The notes below the pieces were generated by a model. It was not told where the DNA came from. It searched no databases and worked only from the letters and a program-made list of their open reading frames with translations. 64,000 nt of DNA, taken from Candidatus Binataceae bacterium (GTDB lineage: Bacteria; Desulfobacterota; Binatia; Binatales; Binataceae). Location of the stretch: assembly GCA_963722605.1 (NCBI GenBank), contig CAVRNO010000004.1, forward strand, positions 410,335 through 474,334, given 5' to 3'. Shown in pieces: positions 18,995 through 27,098 of the stretch (position 1 is its first letter; each line of letters opens with the position of its first letter). The position numbers were made by a program, and so were the translations under genes.

Positions 18995-19627
18995 CCCGAA
19001 TCGATTCGCTGATTTTCCCGGACATTTCGGACATTCACTGAATCCGCCTGCGATGAGGCGCGCGTGAAGCGCGCGAGATCGCGACCGGACGGATTTTGAT
19101 CGCGCCGACGGGCGCACGATGGCCTTATCAGGTCTATCGAGCGTTCATCTGTGGTCTGCGTCCGATTTGGAGAGGTTGTGGAATAAAGGCGGCCTGGAAT
19201 CTTGCAGAGGCAGCCTGTTTGAACTAAAAGCGGGTTCAAATTAAAGGGTAAAACACGATCGCGAGAACTGTTACCGGCTTGCAAGGCGGTATAAAATTTG
19301 CTTACTTGGCAGGCAAATGTTTTTAGAATTATTTATGAGACGGCATTTCCCCCATGGCTTACAGGGACAGCGCCCAAGGGCTCAGGCCGATGATGATTCT
19401 TTTGGATACGAACACATCGCCCTTTGGAGGCAGTTGTCCTTGTCTTGGGGCAGAAACAGATTTTTTCCAGAGCAGTGAGAAGGCGAAGCTGACTACGAAG
19501 ATACCGGATCGGGTCCGGAGACGATCAAGACGAGGAAGAGGCCGGGACCAACAACGAATGACCTAACTTTCCGCCGCGGCCCGGCCCGCAAACCAACTGG
19601 CGGAAAAAGAACTGAAGGAGAGGATCC

Positions 19628-20041
19628 ATGGCGGAGAGCTTGAGAACCAACATTCGATCGAGACTGTGGACTTGGACCGCGTCGGCGATACCGGCGGTTG
19701 CGGCGCTGGCGTTGATCTCAACCGTCGCTCGCGCAGCCGATCTGACGTCCGCGGCGAGCAGTTACAAAGATACGTGCGCGAAGTGTCACGGCGACCTCGG
19801 CAAGGGCGACGGCCCCAAGGCGAAGGAACTGAAAGACAAGGAAGGCAAACCGGTCGCGATCGGAGATTTGAGCGATTGCGCCAAGATGGCCAAGGTCACC
19901 GACGACGACATGTTCAAGGAGCTGAAGGAAGGCGGCGCGTCGGTAGGCAAGAGCAAGTTCATGACCCCGTACGGCGACGCGATGGAGGACGACGAAATCA
20001 AGGCGATGGTCGCGTACGTCAGGACTTTGTGCAAGAAGTAG
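19628..20041 (+). CDS. periplasmic monoheme class I cytochrome c (paralog 1)
   Basis: Signal peptide …AVAALALISTVARAAD, single CAKCHG motif, 137 aa; GGAG RBS. Confidence 0.85.
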   Translation: MAESLRTNIRSRLWTWTASAIPAVAALALISTVARAADLTSAASSYKDTCAKCHGDLGKGDGPKAKELKDKEGKPVAIGDLSDCAKMAKVTDDDMFKELKEGGASVGKSKFMTPYGDAMEDDEIKAMVAYVRTLCKK

Positions 20042-20155
20042 CGGCGCGCGACAGGCTCTGAGCAGCGGTGGGCGGTTGAACGCGCGCTTTTGCCAACGGC
20101 AGGCACCCCAGATGGAAACGGCAAGCTGGACGTTAAGCAAGATGGAGGAGAAGCC

Positions 20156-20569
20156 ATGTCGAAGAGTTTGAGAACCGGGATTCGATCGAGGCTGTTGGTT
20201 TGGACCGCATCGGCGATACCGGCGGTTGCGGCGCTGGCGCTGATCTCAACTGTCGCTCGCGCGGCCGATATGACGTCTGCGGCGAGCAGTTACAAAGATA
20301 CGTGCGCGAAGTGTCACGGCGATCTCGGCAAGGGCGACGGCCCCAAGGCGAAGGACCTGAAAGACAAGGATGGCAAGGTCGTTGCCTGCGGAGATTTGAC
20401 CGATTGCGCCAAGATGGCCAAGGTCACCGACGACGACATGTTCAAGGAGTTGAAGGAAGGCGGCGCGTCGGTGGGCAAGACCAAGTTCATGACCCCGTAT
20501 GGCGACGCGATGGAGGACGACGAGATCAAGGCGATGGTCGCGTACGTCAGGACCTTGTGCAAGAAATAG
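20156..20569 (+). CDS. periplasmic monoheme class I cytochrome c (paralog 2, tandem duplicate)
   Basis: Starts MSKSLRTGIRSRL… (ATG 20156, GGAGGAG RBS). Near-identical to paralog 1 at protein and DNA level, including the 3' flank tagcggcgcgcg; 528 bp repeat unit. Confidence 0.85.
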   Translation: MSKSLRTGIRSRLLVWTASAIPAVAALALISTVARAADMTSAASSYKDTCAKCHGDLGKGDGPKAKDLKDKDGKVVACGDLTDCAKMAKVTDDDMFKELKEGGASVGKTKFMTPYGDAMEDDEIKAMVAYVRTLCKK

Positions 20570-20860
20570 CGGCGCGCGCCAGGCTCCAGAACGAGGAGCC
20601 CCGGCGCGCCGGGCTGGGAGCGAGCAGACTCAGGCAGCGGCTGGCGCGGAGTTCGCCGGCGGTATGCCCGGGGAGTTGTGCTCGCCCGTGCCCTGACCAC
20701 CCAAAGCGGCCAAGTGAAAGGGCTGGGACGGGTAGCCGGCGCAATCTCATCAGAGAGCGACCCAGGACAAGCGGGTCCGATCCACGGGATCGGACCGCTT
20801 GCCGCCCGGTAACCGGGCGCCGCTTCCCCGGATACAAGAAAGAAGCAACGCAGGTGGAAT

Positions 20861-22402
20861 ATGCAAACGAGCGGAGATGAGCCGGGCGCGCCGGGACCGG
20901 AGCGCAAGGAACAGCAGACTGGCGCCGAGGCCGAGCGCCAAGTTCCAAGCCTGGCTCGCAACCGGCTGAGCATCGCCGGCCTGATCATCGCCATCGTCGT
21001 GCTGGCGAACATGCTTTCGCTGGCCGGCATGACGATGCTGGGGGTGCAGTTGAACCCCTACGTCGGCATTTTTGCCTACCTGATCGGCCCGGCCGTGATG
21101 ATAGTGGGCCTGTTACTCATTCCGGTCGGGATGCTGTTCGAACGGCGGCGGCGCCGGAAGTATTTGCCGGGTGAGATGCCGCCTTTCCCCAAGCTCGATC
21201 TCAACGAGGCTTCGGTTCGGCGCGGCTTTCTCGGCGCGGTAGGCTTCTCGTTGTTTTTCGTGATTCTCAGCATGGTGGCAAGCTACCAAGGCTACCAGTT
21301 CACGGACTCGCCGATGTTCTGCGGCCAGACCTGTCACGTCCCGATGAAGCCGGAATTCGACGCCTACCAGGGTTCGCCGCACGCGCGGGTCGCATGCGCG
21401 GGCTGTCACGTGGGACCCGGCGCCACTTGGTTTGTCCGCTCCAAGCTGTCGGGCGCCTACCAGGTCTATTCGGTGATGTTCAACAAGTACCCCAGGCCGA
21501 TCGAAACTCCGATCAAGGAGTTGCGCCCGATTCGGGCAGCCTGCGAGCAATGCCACTGGCCGCAGAAGTTCTACGGCGCGCAACTCAAGGTCTTCCCGCA
21601 TTATGGATACGACGAGAAGAACACGCCCATGCGCATCCAGATGCTGATCAAGACCGGCGGTGGAGCTGCCGAGTTCGGCAACGCCACCGGAATCCACTGG
21701 CACATGAACATCGCCAACGAAGTATGGTTCGCGCCTGCTGACAAGCAGTCCCAGGTGATTCCCTGGGTAAAAGTAAAGACCCCTGACGGAAGGACCACCG
21801 AATACGTGGCCAAGGACAGTTCGCTCAGCGCAAAGCAGATCGCGGAGATTCCGATTCAGACGATGGACTGCGTGACCTGCCATGCACGCCCGTCGCATAA
21901 GTTTCTTCCGCCCGATCAGGCGGTCGATGCGGCGTTCGAGGCGGGTCAGCTCGACCCTACTCTTCCCTTCTTGAAGAGGCAGGCGGTCAAGACCCTGGTC
22001 AAGCACTACGACTCGCCGGAAAAGGCGGCCGAGGGAATCGCAACCGCCCTCGATACCTTTTACCGCAATCGCTATCCCCAGATTTATGGCCCGAGGTGGC
22101 CGCAAATCAAAGCTGCCATCGCCGCGGTGCAGGAGATTTACAAAAAGAACATGTTTCCGTATATGCGGGTTGACTGGCGCACCCATCCCGACAACATCGG
22201 CCACCTGTATTACCCGGGGTGCTTCCGCTGTCACGACGGGAAACACGTCAGCGCTGATGGCCGGGTGATTCCCCAGGCATGCGATTCCTGTCACACCGTC
22301 CTTGCAACTCCCACCAGCGTCGCCGAGTTCAAGCATCCGGTTGATCTGAGCGATGTAGGCGGCGCGACCTGTAGCACCTGTCACAGCGGGGGCGTGCTCT
22401 AG
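20861..22402 (+). CDS. inner-membrane heptahaem c-type cytochrome, ImcH-like (NapC/NirT-related quinol dehydrogenase)
   Basis: N-terminal TM helices (…LIIAIVVLANMLSLAGMTMLG…, …IGPAVMIVGLLLIPVG…), then seven CxxCH: CGQTCH, CAGCH, CEQCH, CVTCH, CFRCH, CDSCH, CSTCH; 513 aa. Confidence 0.7.
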   Translation: MQTSGDEPGAPGPERKEQQTGAEAERQVPSLARNRLSIAGLIIAIVVLANMLSLAGMTMLGVQLNPYVGIFAYLIGPAVMIVGLLLIPVGMLFERRRRRKYLPGEMPPFPKLDLNEASVRRGFLGAVGFSLFFVILSMVASYQGYQFTDSPMFCGQTCHVPMKPEFDAYQGSPHARVACAGCHVGPGATWFVRSKLSGAYQVYSVMFNKYPRPIETPIKELRPIRAACEQCHWPQKFYGAQLKVFPHYGYDEKNTPMRIQMLIKTGGGAAEFGNATGIHWHMNIANEVWFAPADKQSQVIPWVKVKTPDGRTTEYVAKDSSLSAKQIAEIPIQTMDCVTCHARPSHKFLPPDQAVDAAFEAGQLDPTLPFLKRQAVKTLVKHYDSPEKAAEGIATALDTFYRNRYPQIYGPRWPQIKAAIAAVQEIYKKNMFPYMRVDWRTHPDNIGHLYYPGCFRCHDGKHVSADGRVIPQACDSCHTVLATPTSVAEFKHPVDLSDVGGATCSTCHSGGVL

Positions 22403-22433
22403 CGCATCGGCGCGGCGCAGGCGGGAGGAACAA

Positions 22434-23807
22434 ATGGCGCAGGGATCATGGGGGATGGTTAGCTCCGGGCGGACGGCTGGCGGCCGCGGGCGCATCGCGT
22501 CCGCTATTGCCGCAATGATGCTGTGCGCGGTTGCGATGGGCCATGCCGCTGCTGCGACGAAGGCCGCTGTGACGCCGGCCGCGACGACGAAGGCGGCTGC
22601 TGCGACCAAGGCTGCTGCGGCGACGAAGCCCACCGCGACGACGCCGGCCGCCGCGACGACGAAGACGCCCACCGATAAGGATTGCCTGGGCTGCCATAAT
22701 CTCAAGGCTAGCGCCAAGTTGCAGGCGCGGCCGGTCAGCGTGTACGTCAATGCGGAGATCTACGAGCCATCGATCCACGCCAAGCAGGGGTGTGTTTCCT
22801 GCCATACCGACATCCGTTCCTTTCCGCATCCCGATCCGGTCACGCCGGTTTCATGCGCCGGCTGCCACGCGAAAGAAACCTCGGCCTACGCGATCAGCGT
22901 TCACGCAACCGCCGAGCGGGAGAAGAAGAGCCGCTTTCCGGCCTGCCTCAATTGTCACGGAAACCCCCACGGCCTGCGGGCGAAGACCGACCCGAAGTCG
23001 CGAGTCTATCCGCTCAACCTGCCGCGCACCTGCGGCACATGCCACGGAAACCCCGAGATTGCCAAGAAATATGGCTTTCCGGACGTGTACGGGCTTTACA
23101 TGGATTCGATTCACGGCTTCGCCCTGACCAGCGACGGGCTGCTGGTGGCCGCCACCTGCGCCAGTTGCCATGGGGCGCATGACGTCCTTAGCAGAAAGGA
23201 TCCGAAGAGCCGGACCTTCCCCAGAAATGTACCTGCCACCTGTGGCGGGTGCCATGCCGGCGTCCAAACCGATTACCTCGCCGGAGCGCACGGCACCGCG
23301 ATGATCGCCGGGCGCCCGAATGCTCCGGTATGCACGAATTGCCATACGGCCCATCAGATTGCCCAGGTGGAGGGCGCGAGCTGGCAACTCAAAACTGTCG
23401 CCACCTGTGGCAACTGCCACAAGGCCAGGCTGCAAAGCTACCACGATACTTTCCACGGGCAGGTGACCCAACTGGGTTTCGTCGCCACGGCGCGGTGCTG
23501 GAGTTGCCATGGCTCTCACTTGATTCTTCGGGCCTCCAATCCCAAGTCCAAGGTGGCGCCGGCCAACCTGCCGATTACCTGCGGCAAATGCCACAAAGGC
23601 GTAACCGCGAGCTTTGTCAGCTACGAGCCACATCCCAATCCGCACGACCGGAAGCAGAACCCGGGGTTATATTACGCGGCGCTATTTATGAACCTGCTGC
23701 TTTCGGCGGTTTTCCTCTTCTTCGGCATGCACACGGCGCTATGGCTTGCGCGGTCGTCGATGGGCGGGTCGCAGGGGAATGGCAATGGAGAAAGCGGTGA
23801 ACAGTAA
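22434..23807 (+). CDS. periplasmic 11-haem c-type cytochrome with C-terminal membrane anchor
   Basis: Signal peptide plus Ala/Thr/Lys-rich linker, eleven CxxCH motifs, repeated DPKS(R/K)xxPxNxPxTCGxCH modules, C-terminal TM …LFMNLLLSAVFLFFGMHTALWL…. Confidence 0.75.
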   Translation: MAQGSWGMVSSGRTAGGRGRIASAIAAMMLCAVAMGHAAAATKAAVTPAATTKAAAATKAAAATKPTATTPAAATTKTPTDKDCLGCHNLKASAKLQARPVSVYVNAEIYEPSIHAKQGCVSCHTDIRSFPHPDPVTPVSCAGCHAKETSAYAISVHATAEREKKSRFPACLNCHGNPHGLRAKTDPKSRVYPLNLPRTCGTCHGNPEIAKKYGFPDVYGLYMDSIHGFALTSDGLLVAATCASCHGAHDVLSRKDPKSRTFPRNVPATCGGCHAGVQTDYLAGAHGTAMIAGRPNAPVCTNCHTAHQIAQVEGASWQLKTVATCGNCHKARLQSYHDTFHGQVTQLGFVATARCWSCHGSHLILRASNPKSKVAPANLPITCGKCHKGVTASFVSYEPHPNPHDRKQNPGLYYAALFMNLLLSAVFLFFGMHTALWLARSSMGGSQGNGNGESGEQ

Positions 23808-24627
23808 CGATTCAGACCGCTATTATTTTCGGTTCTCGCTGGGACAGCGATACCTGCACGGCCTGGTGATCATAACCTTTCTGGGTCTTGCCGCCACCGG
23901 AATGACCTTGCGGTTCAGCGAGCGGGATTGGGCAAAGTGGCTGGCGGAAGCCATCGGCGGATTCACCGCAGTCCTATCTCTGCATAAGCTATGCGCGGTG
24001 CTCATATCAGCCGGCTTTATCTACCATGTTGGAGCGATCCTCTTCAGGGCGATAATCAAGAAGGAGCGGGGCCTCTTTTTGGGGCCATACTCGATGACTC
24101 CGCAGCCCAAGGACGCCATGGACCTTTTTGCGATGCTGCGCTGGTTTCTTTGGATGGGTCCGCGGCCCCAATTCGACCACTTTGCCTACTGGGAGAAGTT
24201 CGACTATTGGGCGGTGTTCTGGGGAATGGCGATTATCGGCATGACCGGCTACATGATGTGGTTCGGGCCTTTCTTTGCCCGCTACGTGCCCGGCTATGTC
24301 CTCAATATCGCGCTCCTGATTCACGGTGAGGAAGCTCTGCTCGCCGTCTGGTTCATCTTTATCGTCCACTTTTTTAATTCGCACCTGCGCCCTGAGGAAT
24401 TTCCGCTCGACCAGGTGATATTCACCGGCCGCGTCAGCGCTGGGGATTATCAGCACGAACGCCCGCTGGATTATTCGCGGCTTGGCGAGTCGGGCGCGCT
24501 TGAAACCTTGCGCGCCGACCCGCCTCCCCGTTGGCTCGAGAATTTCTCGCGGGTGATCGCGGTTATCTCAGTCGGAATCGGCTTTTCACTGCTGGTGCTT
24601 ACTGTGATCTCCTTTTGGGCTGAATAG
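23779..24627 (+). CDS. dihaem b-type cytochrome membrane subunit (FdnI/HydC/PhsC-like)
   Basis: Polytopic protein with conserved His in TM helices (…RYLHGLVIITFLG…, …HKLCAVLISAGFIYH…, …YWAVFWGMAIIGMTG…, …LLIHGEEALLAVWFIFIVHFFNSHL…). Overlaps the stop of the 11-haem gene by 29 nt. Confidence 0.65.
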   Translation: MAMEKAVNSNDSDRYYFRFSLGQRYLHGLVIITFLGLAATGMTLRFSERDWAKWLAEAIGGFTAVLSLHKLCAVLISAGFIYHVGAILFRAIIKKERGLFLGPYSMTPQPKDAMDLFAMLRWFLWMGPRPQFDHFAYWEKFDYWAVFWGMAIIGMTGYMMWFGPFFARYVPGYVLNIALLIHGEEALLAVWFIFIVHFFNSHLRPEEFPLDQVIFTGRVSAGDYQHERPLDYSRLGESGALETLRADPPPRWLENFSRVIAVISVGIGFSLLVLTVISFWAE

Positions 24628-24842
24628 GTGTGAATAGGTGTATGACCGGCGTTCACAGTTTTTTCGTAAGGGTCGCGCGGGCTTGTTTTTGCGGCCTGCC
24701 CGCCGTATGTTGACGCGCATCAAATTCCAGCATCCCATTGAGCTGGAGCGCCGGAACACCTGCGACAGATGCAGCAAAGGCGCAAGGCTTCAACGGGTGT
24801 GGAGAGACCTATGAACTCCGCTATCGCACAAGGAGAATCGCA

Positions 24843-25607
24843 ATGGTATCCGGCGTAGCGATCTTCATCGTCGCAATCTTTATTCTGAGCGGAGTTAAGG
24901 TTCTTAACGAATATCAGCGCGGCGTAATCTTCCGCCTGGGGCGGCTCGCGCCGCACCGCGGCCCGGGCATAGTTTACGTGATCCCGGTGATGGAGCGGAT
25001 GGTCCGCATCGATCTGCGTACGGTCACGCTCGACATCCCGCCGCAGGACGTAATCACCAAGGACAACGTGACCGTCAAAGTGAGCGCGGTGCTCTACTTC
25101 CGGGTGATCGATCCGTCGCGCGCGGTTACCGAGGTGGCAAATTACCTGTTCGCTACCATGCAACTCGCGCAGACCACGCTGCGCTCGGTAGGCGGACAGA
25201 CCGAGCTCGACGAACTCCTGAGCCAGCGCGACAAAGTCAACGCGCGCATCCAGGCGATCGTCGATGCCCAAACCGAGCCGTGGGGAATCAAGGTCATGCT
25301 CGTCGAGTTGAAGAACATTGATCTGCCGCAGGACATGCAGCGCGCCATCGCCGCACAGGCCGAGGCCGAGCGCGAACGGCGGGCCAAGGTGATCGCGGCC
25401 GAGGGCGAATTTCAGGCGGCGCAGCGTCTGGCCGAGGCGGCGGAAATCATGAGCAAAAGCCCCATCACGCTCCAGCTTCGCTACCTGCAGACGCTGGCCG
25501 AGATCGCGACCGAGCACAATTCGACCACCGTGTTTCCCCTCCCAATCGATCTGCTCGAGCCCTTTCGCAAGGTGACAGGCGCCGGCGACGCCGGCAAGCC
25601 GAAGTAA
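24843..25607 (+). CDS. SPFH/band-7 (stomatin/HflC-like) membrane protein
   Basis: [35 protein letters not shown]… N-terminal TM, SPFH core, coiled-coil [17 protein letters not shown]. Confidence 0.85.
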   Translation: MVSGVAIFIVAIFILSGVKVLNEYQRGVIFRLGRLAPHRGPGIVYVIPVMERMVRIDLRTVTLDIPPQDVITKDNVTVKVSAVLYFRVIDPSRAVTEVANYLFATMQLAQTTLRSVGGQTELDELLSQRDKVNARIQAIVDAQTEPWGIKVMLVELKNIDLPQDMQRAIAAQAEAERERRAKVIAAEGEFQAAQRLAEAAEIMSKSPITLQLRYLQTLAEIATEHNSTTVFPLPIDLLEPFRKVTGAGDAGKPK

Positions 25608-25804
25608 GGGGGAGAGAGCACCGCGCCGCCGTGGGGATGTGGCGCGCAGCAGTTGCAGCGTTGGCAATGATTTTGACGGCTGCGGGCAGCAGCGCGGGTG
25701 GCACATTCCGCGCTCGCGTGCAGGTCTTGGCAGACGGCCTGGGACGTGAAGAACGACTGCAGGAGGTCGGATGCCGATGGATTATTATGGCTGACAACTC
25801 AGCT

Positions 25805-25820
25805 TGGAATAAATATTGCT
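25805..25820 (+). promoter_or_regulatory. candidate sigma-54 (-24/-12) promoter upstream of cytochrome c paralog 3
   Basis: TGGAATAaaatATTGCT has GG and TTGC at the consensus 10 nt spacing but a weak -24 hexamer. Confidence 0.3.
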
Positions 25821-25969
25821 AATGCTTAAGCGAAGCGGATGAAGCAAGGGTAATCTATAACGAAAGTCAGAACGAGACGAATGTTACCATGTATCGACCG
25901 AATACACTTGTAGCCTTTCGTCACGATTTTTGGTAACGAAGCGAAAATTTGGAGAAAACAAGGAGCGAA

Positions 25970-26377
25970 ATGATCATGTCAGAAAATTCACCGGTGAAGA
26001 TTCGATCGAAAAGCTGGGGCTGGATACCCTCGGCGGCAGCACTAGCGTTGGTTTTAGCGCCGGCCTTGATCTCAACCGCCGCCCGCGCCGACGATCTGAA
26101 AGCCGCAGCCAGCAACTACACGGAGTCGTGCGCGGGTTGTCATGGCGCGACCGGCAAAGGCGACGGACCCAAGGCCGCGAAACTATCGGTGAAAGTGGGA
26201 GACCTGACCGATTGCGCGAAGATGGGCAAGGTCAGCGACGACGTCCTCCTCAAGGTGATCAAAGAGGGCGGCCCGGCGGCCAACCTCAACAAGGCGATGA
26301 CGGGGTTCGGCGATGCCTTTGAAGACAACGACATCAAAGGTCTGGTCGCCTATATCCGCAGTTTTTGCGCGAAGTGA
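25970..26377 (+). CDS. periplasmic monoheme class I cytochrome c (paralog 3)
   Basis: AAGGAG RBS 25960-25965, ATG 25970 or 25976. Signal peptide, CAGCHG, same fold as paralogs 1 and 2 (…GDLTDCAKMGKVSDD…LVAYIRSFCAK). Confidence 0.8.
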   Translation: MIMSENSPVKIRSKSWGWIPSAAALALVLAPALISTAARADDLKAAASNYTESCAGCHGATGKGDGPKAAKLSVKVGDLTDCAKMGKVSDDVLLKVIKEGGPAANLNKAMTGFGDAFEDNDIKGLVAYIRSFCAK

Positions 26378-26483
26378 AGCGGCGATTTCCAACCGGCTGC
26401 ATCGGTCGGAATCAGCGTGCCGACCGATGGGCGAATAGGTGGCAGGAATCGCAAGGAAATTGAATTGGCTGTGTGGATCTTTG

Positions 26484-26499
26484 TGGCATGCCCATTGCT
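26484..26499 (+). promoter_or_regulatory. sigma-54 (-24/-12) promoter of ACIII/Qrc-like operon
   Basis: TGGCATGcccaTTGCT, a near-perfect match to TGGCACG-N4-TTGCW, 45 nt upstream of ATG 26544. Confidence 0.6.
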
Positions 26500-26543
26500 C
26501 CGCCCTCCAAACTGAGATTATCGATTTGAGGTCATCCATCCAT

Positions 26544-27098
26544 ATGAGGGCGACGCCTTGGAGCACGGCATTTCTGCTGCTGCTATGCGGCTCCGCGTTG
26601 ATGCTAGGCGGCTGCAACTGGACGGTCCCGTGGTTCGGGCCGCCGGCGGCGGTGGAACAACCCATTGCTTTCAACCATCGCAAGCATGCCGCCGGTGCCG
26701 ACGGCATCAAATGCGATACCTGTCACAGCTATAGCTCCGCCACCACCGGAACGTTTGCCGGGCTTCCCCAAGTGGACACCTGCATGGATTGCCACAAGAT
26801 GGTGATGCGGATGCCACCGAAGAAGCTGGCGAAGAAACCGCAGTTCGCCAAGCTCAAGCAGTTCGTCGTCCTCGGCCGCATCCCGTGGGAGCGAGTATAT
26901 GCCGAGCCTGACTATGTCTATTTCTCCCACCGCCGCCACGTCGCAGTCGCGAAACTCGCTTGCGCGAACTGCCACGGCGACGTGCGCAATATGGTCGAAC
27001 CGGTTATGAGTCCGGTGGTCAATCAGTCGATGAATTGGTGCATGAATTGCCATCAACAGAAACGCGCCTCGCAGGATTGCATCGCGTGCCACAAATGA
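26544..27098 (+). CDS. pentahaem c-type cytochrome lipoprotein (ActA/QrcA-like electron-transfer subunit)
   Basis: Starts MRATPWSTAFLLLLCGSALMLGGC (lipobox). CDTCH, CMDCH, CANCH, CMNCH, CIACH; 184 aa. Confidence 0.7.
   Translation: MRATPWSTAFLLLLCGSALMLGGCNWTVPWFGPPAAVEQPIAFNHRKHAAGADGIKCDTCHSYSSATTGTFAGLPQVDTCMDCHKMVMRMPPKKLAKKPQFAKLKQFVVLGRIPWERVYAEPDYVYFSHRRHVAVAKLACANCHGDVRNMVEPVMSPVVNQSMNWCMNCHQQKRASQDCIACHK

Noticed and set aside
19292-19319. Possible sigma-54 site TTGGCAGgcaaaTGTTT upstream of cytochrome c paralog 1
   Set aside because: Lacks the -12 GC. A TTACTT-16-TAGAAT sigma-70 promoter at the same place explains it better.
21113-22750. 545-aa minus-strand ORF
   Set aside because: Antisense of the ImcH-like heptahaem cytochrome gene. 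The plus-strand product has seven CxxCH motifs and TM helices; the minus product is low-complexity.
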